Of a stretch of 64,000 nucleotides of DNA, positions 55,151 through 64,000 are shown one piece after another (position 1 is the first letter of the stretch; each line of letters opens with the position of its first letter). Under the pieces are notes generated by a model. The model saw nothing but the letters and a program-made list of their open reading frames with translations. It had not been told where the DNA came from and did not search any database. Where the stretch lies: NCBI GenBank assembly GCA_030674475.1, contig JAUSCZ010000007.1, positions 669 through 64,668 of the forward strand, written 5' to 3'. The position numbers and the translations under genes are program-made. This stretch comes from Candidatus Omnitrophota bacterium. Lineage in GTDB: Bacteria > Omnitrophota > Gorgyraeia > Gygaellales > UBA12090.

Positions 55151-56416
55151 ATGTACGAAAAATCTAAATTAGATAACGGCCTAAGGCTGGTTACCTATAA
55201 GATGCCGCAAAGAAACTCCGCGGCCTTAGGGATTTGGATAGGCGCGGGCGGAAGGTATGAGGATGGGTCAAATAAGGGCATTGCCCATTTGTTGGAGCAT
55301 CTTTGTTTCAAGGGCACCGGGAAATATTCCGCCACTCAAATCAAGGAAAAAATAGAAGGCGTAGGCGGTTCGCTCAATGCCTTTACCTCCGAGGAATTTA
55401 CCTGTTACCTGACCAAGATTATCGCCAAGCATCTGCCTTTGGCATTGGATGTTCTTTCGGATATGGTTTTAGATCCGCTTTTGGCCCTCAAAGACCTGGA
55501 AAAAGAGAAATCGGTTATTTTAGAAGAAATTAAGATGTATCGCGACCTTCCCCAGGCATACGTAAATGAACTTCTGGATGAATTGCTCTGGCCGGGGCAC
55601 CCTTTGGGAATGAACCTTGCCGGGACACTAGAATCAGTAAGCGCGATGCGCCGGAATCAATTGACTGATTTTCACGGCAAACTGTATCATCCTAAAAATA
55701 TTGTCCTCTCGGTGGGAGGTGATATTGAACATAAGAAAGTGCTTGGGCTTATTACCAAAATATTTTCCAAGGCCAAGCCAAAACCGCCGGTAAATTTCAA
55801 AAAAGTAAGCTTAAGTCAGAACAATTCCCGGTCAAAATTCTTTTACAAGCAGACTGAACAAAGTCATTTGGCGATGGGGTATATTTCTTGTCCGCGCGAG
55901 CACCCGGATAAGCATGCCGTGGGGCTGTTACATATCATATTGGGGGCGAATATGTCCAGCCGCCTGTTTAACGAAGTGAGAGAGAAAAAAGGCCTGGCCT
56001 ATGAAATAGGCACCCAGCACCGGCATTTTTATGACACCGGGGCATTTTTTATCCACGCCGGTGTGGATAATCGTAAGGTATTTTCCGCGGTTTCCACCAT
56101 ACTTAAAGAGATGAATAAAATAGCTCAATACCCTGTTTCCCGGAACGAATTTACCCGGGCCAAGGAATATTATACCGGCCAGCTCCTGATGAGCCTGGAG
56201 GATACCCTTGACCATATGTTTTGGATGGGAGAGCAGGAAAGCGCCTTACGCCGGATAAAAAGCGCCCAGGATATTTTAGCTGAGATACATAAGGTAACTA
56301 TTGAGGATTTATTGAGAGTAGCCCGGGATATTTTTAAGAATAACAATTTAAGCCTTGCCCTGATTGGCCCGCAGTCTGAGGAAGAAAAGAACAAAATTTC
56401 TTCTTTATTAAAATAA
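55151..56416 (+). CDS. M16-family (pitrilysin-like) zinc peptidase
   Basis: HLLEH (HxxEH), NAFTS, SSRLF..VRE..GLAY. Confidence 0.92.
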   Translation: MYEKSKLDNGLRLVTYKMPQRNSAALGIWIGAGGRYEDGSNKGIAHLLEHLCFKGTGKYSATQIKEKIEGVGGSLNAFTSEEFTCYLTKIIAKHLPLALDVLSDMVLDPLLALKDLEKEKSVILEEIKMYRDLPQAYVNELLDELLWPGHPLGMNLAGTLESVSAMRRNQLTDFHGKLYHPKNIVLSVGGDIEHKKVLGLITKIFSKAKPKPPVNFKKVSLSQNNSRSKFFYKQTEQSHLAMGYISCPREHPDKHAVGLLHIILGANMSSRLFNEVREKKGLAYEIGTQHRHFYDTGAFFIHAGVDNRKVFSAVSTILKEMNKIAQYPVSRNEFTRAKEYYTGQLLMSLEDTLDHMFWMGEQESALRRIKSAQDILAEIHKVTIEDLLRVARDIFKNNNLSLALIGPQSEEEKNKISSLLK

Positions 56417-56444
56417 TTCTTATTACTACCGACCAAACTAAATA

Positions 56445-57431
56445 ATGCACATACTCTTTTCCATGCCTATGGTTATTATCCTGATCGCGCTGGCGGTCAT
56501 TTCTTTCTTTTTCTCCGCGGCTGAGGCTTCCCATATTTCCCTGAATAAGATTCGGGCCAGGCATTTAGCGGATAAAGGAGTAAAAGGCGCGAATTCGGTT
56601 TTGCGCCTTGTTACTAAGCTCGATCGGGTGGTAGCGGCCATATTAATCGGCAATAATTTTGTGAATGTGGCTATCTCCAGCTTAGTTACGGTTATGCTCG
56701 TGAGCGTATTCGGCCCTAATTGGGGAGCGGCGCTGTCTACCTTTTTAGTGACAATGTTTATCCTGGTTTTTTGTGAAATTACCCCCAAGACCATAGCTAT
56801 TCGCTATTCAGAGAAGACGGCTCTGTATACCGCCCCGTTCTTAGAAGTTTTTATCCGGGCCTTTGATTCTCTGATAAACTTTTTTATCGGGACCAGCAAT
56901 TTAATCTTAAGACTCTTCGGAGAAAAGCCGCAGGCGCGTTCTCCGCTTATCACCGAAGAGGAGCTCAGGTTAATGATTGAGATCGGAAAAGAAGAAGGGG
57001 TCTTATCGGATGAGGAAAGGAAGATGCTGCATAGGATATTTGAATTCGGGGATACCAAGGTGGGTTCGGTAATGGTGGCTAAGGAAAGAATCACTGCCAT
57101 TGATAAGAATTCTAATCCTGAACAACTTTTAGATATCCTGGTTGAAGAAGGCCATGCCCGGATTCCGGTATACGAGGGTTCGGTGGATACTATTGTGGGG
57201 ATAATTTACGCCCGGGACCTGCTGTATGTCTGGAAGAATAAAGGTTTAGTGGTTACGACGGATTTAATTCATCCGGCTTATTATGTTTCGGCCAATAAGC
57301 GGGTGAATGAGCTCCTGCGTGAATTCCAGCTGAAACATATCCAGATGGCCATAGTAAGGGATGATAATCAGAAGACCTTAGGCCTGGTTACCTTGGAGGA
57401 TTTAATTGAGGAGATTGTGGGTGAAATATAA
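56445..57431 (+). CDS. CNNM/DUF21-CBS (hemolysin/CorC-like) membrane protein
   Basis: FFSAAE, ILIGNN, EITPK, tandem CBS, VTLEDLIEEIVG. Confidence 0.9.
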   Translation: MHILFSMPMVIILIALAVISFFFSAAEASHISLNKIRARHLADKGVKGANSVLRLVTKLDRVVAAILIGNNFVNVAISSLVTVMLVSVFGPNWGAALSTFLVTMFILVFCEITPKTIAIRYSEKTALYTAPFLEVFIRAFDSLINFFIGTSNLILRLFGEKPQARSPLITEEELRLMIEIGKEEGVLSDEERKMLHRIFEFGDTKVGSVMVAKERITAIDKNSNPEQLLDILVEEGHARIPVYEGSVDTIVGIIYARDLLYVWKNKGLVVTTDLIHPAYYVSANKRVNELLREFQLKHIQMAIVRDDNQKTLGLVTLEDLIEEIVGEI

Positions 57432-57528
57432 GAAACAATTGACAGATAAATGCGGTTATGTTACGATTATGAGTCGTTGGTTTTAGGGTTAATAATTTTA
57501 AGATTTTTAAATCGAGGAGGGGTTAAAA

Positions 57529-57678
57529 ATGGCCGAAAAAGGATATTGCATGAAGTGTAAGGCTTCTAAGGAAATTGCCGATGCCAAAGAAGTAACCATG
57601 AAGAATGGCCGCAAGGCAATGAAGGGAAAATGCGTGGATTGCTCAACCGGAATGTATAAGATTTTGGGTAAGAAATAG
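57529..57678 (+). CDS. DUF5679-like small Zn-ribbon protein
   Basis: Not in ORF track: MAEKGYCMKCKASKEIADAKEVTMKNGRKAMKGKCVDCSTGMYKILGKK*; SD GAGGAGG. Confidence 0.82.
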   Translation: MAEKGYCMKCKASKEIADAKEVTMKNGRKAMKGKCVDCSTGMYKILGKK

Positions 57679-57763
57679 CGCGCTGTCAAACTAATAAAAA
57701 CTAATTTGACAAAGTAGTGGGTTGTTGCTGTAGTTCTATGCATTCAACCTATAGGGATCAACC

Positions 57764-57821
57764 TGTAGCGGTCAGCGTCCGCTGACCCTATAATATCCGT
57801 TGCCTTACGGCAACCGCTACA
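57764..57821. repeat. GTAG-type REP doublet
   Basis: TGTAGCGGTCAGCG-TC-CGCTGACC...GTTGCC-TTAC-GGCAACCGCTACA. Confidence 0.7.
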
Positions 57822-57888
57822 AATTACTTTATAAGGGTATCCGAAATTAAGGTAACAGAACAGTAGTAGTAAAAATCAGGAGAGAAAA

Positions 57889-58371
57889 ATAGATTCATTA
57901 GAGAAGGCGTATATAGTTGCCCGGACCGCTTTAGACAATAAGGCCGAGGATTTAAAAATCCTGGATATGTCTAAATCAGATTCTACCGATGTCGCGGCGC
58001 TTGCGGGCCGGGATGAGGTCTGTAATTTTTGTGATTATTTTGTTATCCTTACGGCATCTTCCGGGGTTCGGGCCGGGGCAATAGCGGATAAAATCCGTCA
58101 GGCCCTGGAAGAAAGGCATGCCGTGGTAAAGGCTCAGGAAGGCCGGGAAGATTCCGGGTGGATACTTCTTGACCTTTACGATGTGATAGCGCATATATTT
58201 GTAGGCCAGGAAATCAGAGAATTCTATAATCTAGACCGGCTTTGGGGCTTTTGCCCGGCGGTGGAATTTCCCAAAAAAGATGTCAAGAGACTTACTCGAA
58301 GGGCTCCTGGCTCAACTGTTAGAAAAAGTACTGCGCGAAAGGCTAAGGCTTCCCAGCGAAGCCCTAGCTAA
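57889..58371 (+). CDS. rsfS: Ribosome silencing factor RsfS (Iojap); probable ATA start
   Basis: DNKAEDLKILD lies upstream of the first ATG; DYFVI, WILLD..DVIAHIF, REFYNL..LW. Confidence 0.85.
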   Translation: MDSLEKAYIVARTALDNKAEDLKILDMSKSDSTDVAALAGRDEVCNFCDYFVILTASSGVRAGAIADKIRQALEERHAVVKAQEGREDSGWILLDLYDVIAHIFVGQEIREFYNLDRLWGFCPAVEFPKKDVKRLTRRAPGSTVRKSTARKAKASQRSPS

Positions 58372-59968
58372 AATAAAGCCCTGCCTCTTAGAGGTTCCCA
58401 AAGAAGAAGCCTTCGGCGACATCTCTACTTCCGTGGCCTTAAAGCTGGCCTCTATTTTAAAGAGGGCGCCGCGGGAAATCGCCCAGGAATTAGCAGCCTG
58501 CCTTAACCAGGAAATACCCCGTTCCGATTTAAGTGATTTAATTGAGAAGATTGATATTGCCGGAGCCGGTTTTGTCAATTTTCATTTTTCCCGGGAATAT
58601 CTCTATTCGCTTTTAAAAGAAATAACCCGCCCCAAAGATTCTCCTTTATCATATCCTAAGAAACAGAAGAAAGTTCTGGTTGAGTTTGTCAGCGCTAATC
58701 CCACCGGTCCGCTTTCCGTGGCCCATGGCCGCCAGGCTGTGGTGGGGGATGCCCTCTCTAACATCTTAGAGTTTTTAGGCTATGATGTCACCAGAGAATA
58801 TTATCTCAACGACTGGGGAAACCAGATTAATATCCTGGGTAATTCTATTTATCTGCGCCTTAAGGAGCTTCAGGGCGAAAAGATTGAATTTCCTGAAGAT
58901 CATTATCAGGGGGAATACATTATTGATTTAGCCAGAGAATTATTGGGAGCGCCGGAGGCCGGAGTAGCGGCGCGATTTATCGCGCCAACAGCGCTGGAAG
59001 ATTGCCGGCAACACGGGGTAAAAAGGATTTTAGAGATAATCCGCGCGGAGCTTAAGGATTTTAGGGTCCGTTTTGACTCCTGGTTCAGCCAGGCCGAATT
59101 GGAGAAGTCCGGGGACATAGATACGGCAATCTCATTTTTAAAAGAAAAAGGCTTTATTTACCAGCAAGAAGGGGCAACTTGGTTTAGCTCGACTAAATTC
59201 GGGGATGATAAGGACCGGGTAGTGGTTAAATCTGACGGCTCCTACACCTATTTGGCCCCTGATATCGCGTATCATCAGGATAAGTTTAAGCGCGGATATG
59301 ATTGGCTGATTAATCTCTGGGGGCCGGATCACCACGGCTATATTCCCCGGCTCAAGGCGGCGGTTGAGGCCCTGGGCAGGCCCAGGTCGGCCTTAGATGT
59401 CATTATAGTCCAGTTGGCCACTCTGCATAAAGAAGGCCAGGTGGTGTCAATGTCCACCCGTAAAGGTGAATATATTACCTTAAGAGAGGTAATGGATGAG
59501 GTGGGGGTGGATGCCGCCAGATATTTTTTTGTGATGCGTAAAACCGACAGCCATCTGGACTTTGATTTGGAATTAGCCAAGAAGCAGAGTTCGGAAAATC
59601 CGGTTTATTATATTCAATACGCCCATGCCCGTATTTCTAATATCCTGGCTAACTCCGGCGTTCCCTTAGACCAGCTGCCGGAGGCGGATGCAACCCTGCT
59701 TAAAGAGAAAGAAGAGCTGGAATTGCTCAAAAGAATAGCTAAATTTGAGCATAATCTCAAGGTGGTCGAGCTTCAGCTTGACCCCTATTGCTTAACTGTC
59801 TACCTCCAGGAATTAGCCGAGAGTTTCCATCGTTTTTATGACGTTCACCGGGTTTTGGTGGATGATACCTGCCTGAAAAATTCCCGCCTTTATCTTATCC
59901 TAGGCTGTAAGAATATAATTTCCTTAGGGTTAAAACTATTGGGGGTCCAAGCTCCCGAGAAGATGTAA
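58280..59968 (+). CDS. argS: Arginine--tRNA ligase
   Basis: EFVSANPTGPLSVAHGR, MSTRKG, YIQYAHAR. Confidence 0.96.
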   Translation: MSRDLLEGLLAQLLEKVLRERLRLPSEALAKIKPCLLEVPKEEAFGDISTSVALKLASILKRAPREIAQELAACLNQEIPRSDLSDLIEKIDIAGAGFVNFHFSREYLYSLLKEITRPKDSPLSYPKKQKKVLVEFVSANPTGPLSVAHGRQAVVGDALSNILEFLGYDVTREYYLNDWGNQINILGNSIYLRLKELQGEKIEFPEDHYQGEYIIDLARELLGAPEAGVAARFIAPTALEDCRQHGVKRILEIIRAELKDFRVRFDSWFSQAELEKSGDIDTAISFLKEKGFIYQQEGATWFSSTKFGDDKDRVVVKSDGSYTYLAPDIAYHQDKFKRGYDWLINLWGPDHHGYIPRLKAAVEALGRPRSALDVIIVQLATLHKEGQVVSMSTRKGEYITLREVMDEVGVDAARYFFVMRKTDSHLDFDLELAKKQSSENPVYYIQYAHARISNILANSGVPLDQLPEADATLLKEKEELELLKRIAKFEHNLKVVELQLDPYCLTVYLQELAESFHRFYDVHRVLVDDTCLKNSRLYLILGCKNIISLGLKLLGVQAPEKM

Positions 59969-60007
59969 GACACGGATGAACACGGATTAAGAAGACCAGA
60001 AAACATA

Positions 60008-61726
60008 ATGCAGAAAGTTTGGAAAATAAAAGAAGCGAATATACCTTTACAGAATAAATTGAGTCAGGAGTTAGGAATATCTTTATTTCTGGCCCAGCTT
60101 CTGATAAACCGCGGCATAAGCACAGCACAAAAGGCGGGTGAATTTCTTAAACCGGATGCCTCCTGCCTGGGTAATTTTACCGGCCTGACCGATATAGATA
60201 AAGCTAAGAGCCGGATACAAAAGGCCAAGGATAATAAAGAAAAGGTTTTGCTGTTTTCCGACTACGATGCTGACGGCCTCACCGCGCTGGCCATAGCAAA
60301 GAATGCTTTTAATAAGTTTGGCCTTAAGGCTGAATATTATATTCCTCACCGCCTAAAAGAGGGCTATGGTTTAGGCAAGGATTCGGTTCGTTATATCCGG
60401 GATAATCGTTTTGATTTGGTGGTTACCTTAGACTGCGGCATCAGCAATTTCCGGGAAATAGCAGAGTTGAAAAACCAGGGTATCGAGACGATAGTTATTG
60501 ATCATCATCATTTATCAGGAGATGAAATACCTTGCGCCTCGGCGGTGATTAACCCCAAGCGCCGGGATTCTTCGTATGCCCATCCGGATTTAGCCGGGGT
60601 AGGCCTAACGTATAAGTTTGCCAGGTATCTCCTGGATGAAAATCTGGAGGAAGAGCTGGATTTGGCGGCTATAGGAACAATAGCGGATATGGTTCCTTTG
60701 ACCGGAGAAAACCGGGTAATAGCCAGGGAAGGGTTAAAGAAGTTAAATAATACCCGGCGCCCCGGATTAAGGTCGTTGATTGATACAGCCGGAATAAAAA
60801 ATAAATTAATCAATGCTCAAACAGTAGGTTATATTTTAGCCCCCAGGATTAATGCCTGCGGCAGACTGGGTGAGGCCGAGTTAGCCTTTAGGCTTTTGAT
60901 TTCCAATTCAAATGATGAGGCGGACGCGTTAGCCAAAGAGCTCAATTTAAAGAATCGCCAGCGTCAGGGCATTGAAGGCAGGATTTTAGATGAGGCGCTA
61001 ATCCTGATGGATACTGAGATAGACCTTGCTCGGGAGAGGGTGATTGTTCTGCATCAGGATGGCTGGCATCAGGGGGTTTTAGGGATTGTGGCGGCTAAGA
61101 TTTCGGCAAAATTCCATCGGCCGGCAATAATTGTTTCTTTTAATGACGGCCTGGGTAAAGGTTCCGGCCGTTCCATTGATACCTTTCATCTTTTTGAGGG
61201 ATTAGCCGAATGTAGTCTCCACTTGGAGGGTTTTGGCGGGCATAAGAAGGCCTGCGGCTTAAGTGTCTTAAAGGAAAAAATCGGGGATTTCCGTGAGAGC
61301 ATCAATAGAATTGCCTGGAAGACCCTTAGGCCTGAGGATTTGCTACCCAGTTTATCCGTAGAGGCATGCCTGAATTTATCCGGATTAAATTTAGGGTTAT
61401 TAGAGGAGATTGATTCTTTAGAGCCTTTTGGCCAGGGTAATCCCAAGCCCATTTTTGCCAGTCTTAATCTTAAGGTCCAATCTAAGCCGGAAGTTTTAGG
61501 CCGGGGGACATTGAAATTCTGGGTGAGTGACGGCTCGCCTCGCGGCGAAGCCGAGGGCCGGAGCGTTTATCCTGCCGTAGGTTTTAGGATGGGAAATTAT
61601 TTTGATTTGGTTAATTCCGCGCGGAACTTAGATATCGCCTATCGTCTGTCTTTAGACACCTGGAATGGGAATAACCAGCTTCAACTGGAGATAGAAGACC
61701 TGCGCATCACGCCCCCGGCAAAATAG
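60008..61726 (+). CDS. recJ: Single-stranded-DNA exonuclease RecJ
   Basis: DYDADG, DHH, APRINA.GR, GSGRS, GGH..A.G, PFGQGNP. Confidence 0.96.
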   Translation: MQKVWKIKEANIPLQNKLSQELGISLFLAQLLINRGISTAQKAGEFLKPDASCLGNFTGLTDIDKAKSRIQKAKDNKEKVLLFSDYDADGLTALAIAKNAFNKFGLKAEYYIPHRLKEGYGLGKDSVRYIRDNRFDLVVTLDCGISNFREIAELKNQGIETIVIDHHHLSGDEIPCASAVINPKRRDSSYAHPDLAGVGLTYKFARYLLDENLEEELDLAAIGTIADMVPLTGENRVIAREGLKKLNNTRRPGLRSLIDTAGIKNKLINAQTVGYILAPRINACGRLGEAELAFRLLISNSNDEADALAKELNLKNRQRQGIEGRILDEALILMDTEIDLARERVIVLHQDGWHQGVLGIVAAKISAKFHRPAIIVSFNDGLGKGSGRSIDTFHLFEGLAECSLHLEGFGGHKKACGLSVLKEKIGDFRESINRIAWKTLRPEDLLPSLSVEACLNLSGLNLGLLEEIDSLEPFGQGNPKPIFASLNLKVQSKPEVLGRGTLKFWVSDGSPRGEAEGRSVYPAVGFRMGNYFDLVNSARNLDIAYRLSLDTWNGNNQLQLEIEDLRITPPAK

Positions 61727-61799
61727 TTTATAGTTAATGGTGTATAGTTTATAGCTGTTATTTTAAAGCCATAAACCATAAGTTATCAACTATAAACTG
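61722..61799. repeat. Inverted heptamer array between convergent recJ and rpmB
   Basis: ATAGTTT units then CCATAAA/CTATAAA units. Confidence 0.7.
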
Positions 61800-61816
61800 A
61801 TTATTTTACTATTCGC

Positions 61817-62044
61817 TTAGGCCTTCGTGACCTTGCCGGCCTTAAGGCATCTGGTGCAGGAAAATACGGATTGAACTTTTCCCTCTATAATAGCGCGCAC
61901 CTTCTGCAGATTGGGTAGGATTATGCGGTTGTTCATCCGGGAGACCTTGCTTCCGGTCCCGCCCTTGGCCTTGTATTGGCCCTTGCGGGACATCGTCCTG
62001 CCGGCTATAGGTTTTTTACCGCAATAAAAACATATTTTACGCAT
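61817..62044 (-). CDS. rpmB: 50S ribosomal protein L28
   Basis: C..CGK.P..G, PNLQ, CTRCLKAGKV. Confidence 0.92.
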   Translation of the reverse strand: MRKICFYCGKKPIAGRTMSRKGQYKAKGGTGSKVSRMNNRIILPNLQKVRAIIEGKVQSVFSCTRCLKAGKVTKA

Positions 62045-62061
62045 ATAATTTCCTTTAGTTA

Positions 62062-62790
62062 TCAGCGATCATTCTTATCGTCATCACCAGGATCATCTTT
62101 TTCACGTTTTGTTTTTTTTAGTTCTGCTTTGCACTTTGAGTCACATTCGCTATTTTCTAATTCACCATCTTCGTCGTCATCCTCCTCCGCAACTTTTCTT
62201 ACTTGTTTTGTGATTTCCGCAGCAGATTGATTGTCTCTAATATCTCCGGAATATCCATCTGGGGTAATGCCATTGGCATAGGTTATATGCCAAGGTTGGT
62301 CATCATAGATAATCGCGCCGGTATTTTTAGTGGTTAATTCAGTAGTATTAGTAAATGTTTTTCCTGATCCCACGGATCCCGCGTCTAAAGCATAGGAACT
62401 AATACCTGTTGCTGAAGTTTTGTCCGCCGGACATCGGCGCACTTTGGGGTCGTTTCCGTAATATTTGCCTAAATCCGCGAACAGAGGTTTTATCCCTATC
62501 AGGTTATTGAAATATCCGGCTAAGCGATTTTCTTTGGGCTTTCCGATTACTTTTTCATGCGCCAAATAGATTTGTTTCGGAGTCAGCAAGCTGAGTGTGG
62601 CGGGAAGGGCGTTATTTTCAATGGTGTAAATTTCAATGGCGCCTTGGAGCACTTTAAGGTTTTGGCGGCAGATCTTGTCGTTATTGGCTTCAATAGTCTT
62701 TTGAAAGGTAACAATAGAAAGTGATACCACGACGCTTACGATAATCAGGGCGATCATAATTTCAACCAGAGTAAAAGCCTTTTTTTTCAT
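62062..62790 (-). CDS. Type IV pilin / type II secretion pseudopilin-like protein with acidic tail
   Basis: KKA|FTLVEIMI prepilin N-terminus; C..NL..LQ.A.E.Y. Confidence 0.82.
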   Translation of the reverse strand: MKKKAFTLVEIMIALIIVSVVVSLSIVTFQKTIEANNDKICRQNLKVLQGAIEIYTIENNALPATLSLLTPKQIYLAHEKVIGKPKENRLAGYFNNLIGIKPLFADLGKYYGNDPKVRRCPADKTSATGISSYALDAGSVGSGKTFTNTTELTTKNTGAIIYDDQPWHITYANGITPDGYSGDIRDNQSAAEITKQVRKVAEEDDDEDGELENSECDSKCKAELKKTKREKDDPGDDDKNDR

Positions 62791-62999
62791 CTTTATCCTT
62801 TCCCCCTAATCAGGTGCCTTTGATTGCTTTTTTTTGAGTCTGTTTTTCCTTATAATTACAGATAGCACAGCTCTTGTCAAGAAATATTCTTAGCTTTCCT
62901 TCCACACCAACAAATATACCATAAAAACAGTAAGTTTTCAAGGGTGGCCAAAAAGAAAATATTCTTGTAAGTTGGAAACATATATGTTAAATTTAATCT

Positions 63000-64000
63000 A
63001 TGCCCAACAATAGAAACGAAGAATCGCTGAAGGCCATTTTTTTGTTAATCGCCTTCGCCTGCATTCTTTACACTATTTTGCAATATTTTGGTTTTCTGGG
63101 GGCTCCTGCCTTACGGCTGAACGATTTTTTCTCCAATATCAGCCTGGCTCAAAAAGTCTTACCTGAAGAAATTAAAGATATTGTGGTTATCGCGGTTGAT
63201 AATGATTCGCTTAAAAAGGCGGACCTGCGCTGGCCCTGGAGCCGCAGGCGTTTTGCTGAAGTTTTAAAGACGGTAAATGCCGGCGGGGCTAAGGCGGTAT
63301 TTTTTGATCATGCCTTTCTGGGCAAATCTGATGAAGGGGCGGATTCCCTTTTCGCTGAGGAGATTAAAAGATCCGGGAAGGTAATCTTGGCCGGTTATAT
63401 GGAAAACGACGAATATGTCCAGCCCTTGGATATCCTGGCTTTGGCCTCAGCGGGAATCGGCCTGGTGAATAAAGGCATACTTAATTCCCAGGATTTAAGG
63501 GTGCGGGAAGTCCGCCTGGTTTTTGATGTAAACCGGGCAGGCAGGAAGTATGATTACGGGGCTGAGGTTAAGACCCTGGCTATGGCTCGGGGCGCTTCAC
63601 CTGTTGACATCCGCTATGAGACAGGGCGGGTTATCTTTTCGGACGGCTTCAGTATCCCGGTAAGCGAGTATGGAACTTTACCCATAAATTACCTGGCCGC
63701 GGCAGGCGATTTTAATACTGTCTCTGTTTCCCGGTTTTTTGATTCCTCAGCACCCTTGGATTCATCCCTGTTTAAGGACAAGATTGTGTTGATGGGGGCC
63801 ACCGCGGATATAATCCACGATATTCATCCTACGCCCTTAGGTAAAATTCCCGGGATTTATATCAATGCCAACTGCCTGCTTATGTTTTTGTCCGGTAAAT
63901 TCTTAAAGGTAATGCCCTATTGGCCCGAGAGATTTATTCTCCTGGCTTTGAGCATAGCCATCGGGTTCATTTCTTTGCGCCTGAAGGTTATATACTCTTT
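63000..64000 (+). CDS. CHASE2-domain sensor protein, partial (runs off window)
   Basis: ATG 63000; TM then IVVIAVD, RWPWSR, FKDKIVLMG, TPLG.IPG. Confidence 0.85.
   Translation, partial: MPNNRNEESLKAIFLLIAFACILYTILQYFGFLGAPALRLNDFFSNISLAQKVLPEEIKDIVVIAVDNDSLKKADLRWPWSRRRFAEVLKTVNAGGAKAVFFDHAFLGKSDEGADSLFAEEIKRSGKVILAGYMENDEYVQPLDILALASAGIGLVNKGILNSQDLRVREVRLVFDVNRAGRKYDYGAEVKTLAMARGASPVDIRYETGRVIFSDGFSIPVSEYGTLPINYLAAAGDFNTVSVSRFFDSSAPLDSSLFKDKIVLMGATADIIHDIHPTPLGKIPGIYINANCLLMFLSGKFLKVMPYWPERFILLALSIAIGFISLRLKVIYS

Noticed and set aside
600-62230. Numerous short antisense or overlapping ORFs in the track
   Set aside because: They shadow well-supported genes and show no recognisable motifs or ribosome-binding sites.

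Overview
Chromosomal window from an anaerobic, diderm (LPS-making) bacterium. The Minf_1886-type protein, Zn-ribbon SpoVG, four-subunit POR and GGIDF-tailed secreted proteins suggest the PVC superphylum, most likely Ca. Omnitrophota; this is an inference. Most of the window is + strand housekeeping DNA: pyk, thiol-redox genes, pncBA, a GH161-like phosphorylase, dinB, porCDAB-fdx, hisG, tkt, ispE-spoVG-tRNA-Gln-glmU-prs-rplY-pth-rpsF-ssb-rpsR-rplI-dnaB, bamA-skp-lpxD-lpxC/fabZ-lpxA-lpxI, htpX, trpBA, rsfS-argS-recJ. The standout is an ~11 kb integrase-less cassette array (18172-29119) between the convergent fdx and surA/ppiD genes. Five copies of a 29-bp terminator-like hairpin divide it into four units. 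These carry a shared promoter/operator block, two ~775-aa secreted paralogs, a remnant of a third paralog whose body was replaced by an unrelated secreted gene, and four intact plus two or three decayed toxin-antitoxin modules. The paralogs have near-identical N- and C-terminal domains around a diverged core split by SS(S/P)xM linkers. Other notable items: a LAGLIDADG intein in the TPP-binding motif of PorB, palindromic REP-like elements inserted in-frame in several proteins, REP modules enclosed by IS-like inverted ends, an internally deleted RAYT element, heptamer inverted-repeat elements, and a probable ATA start codon for rsfS. All calls were made by eye; no database searches were run.
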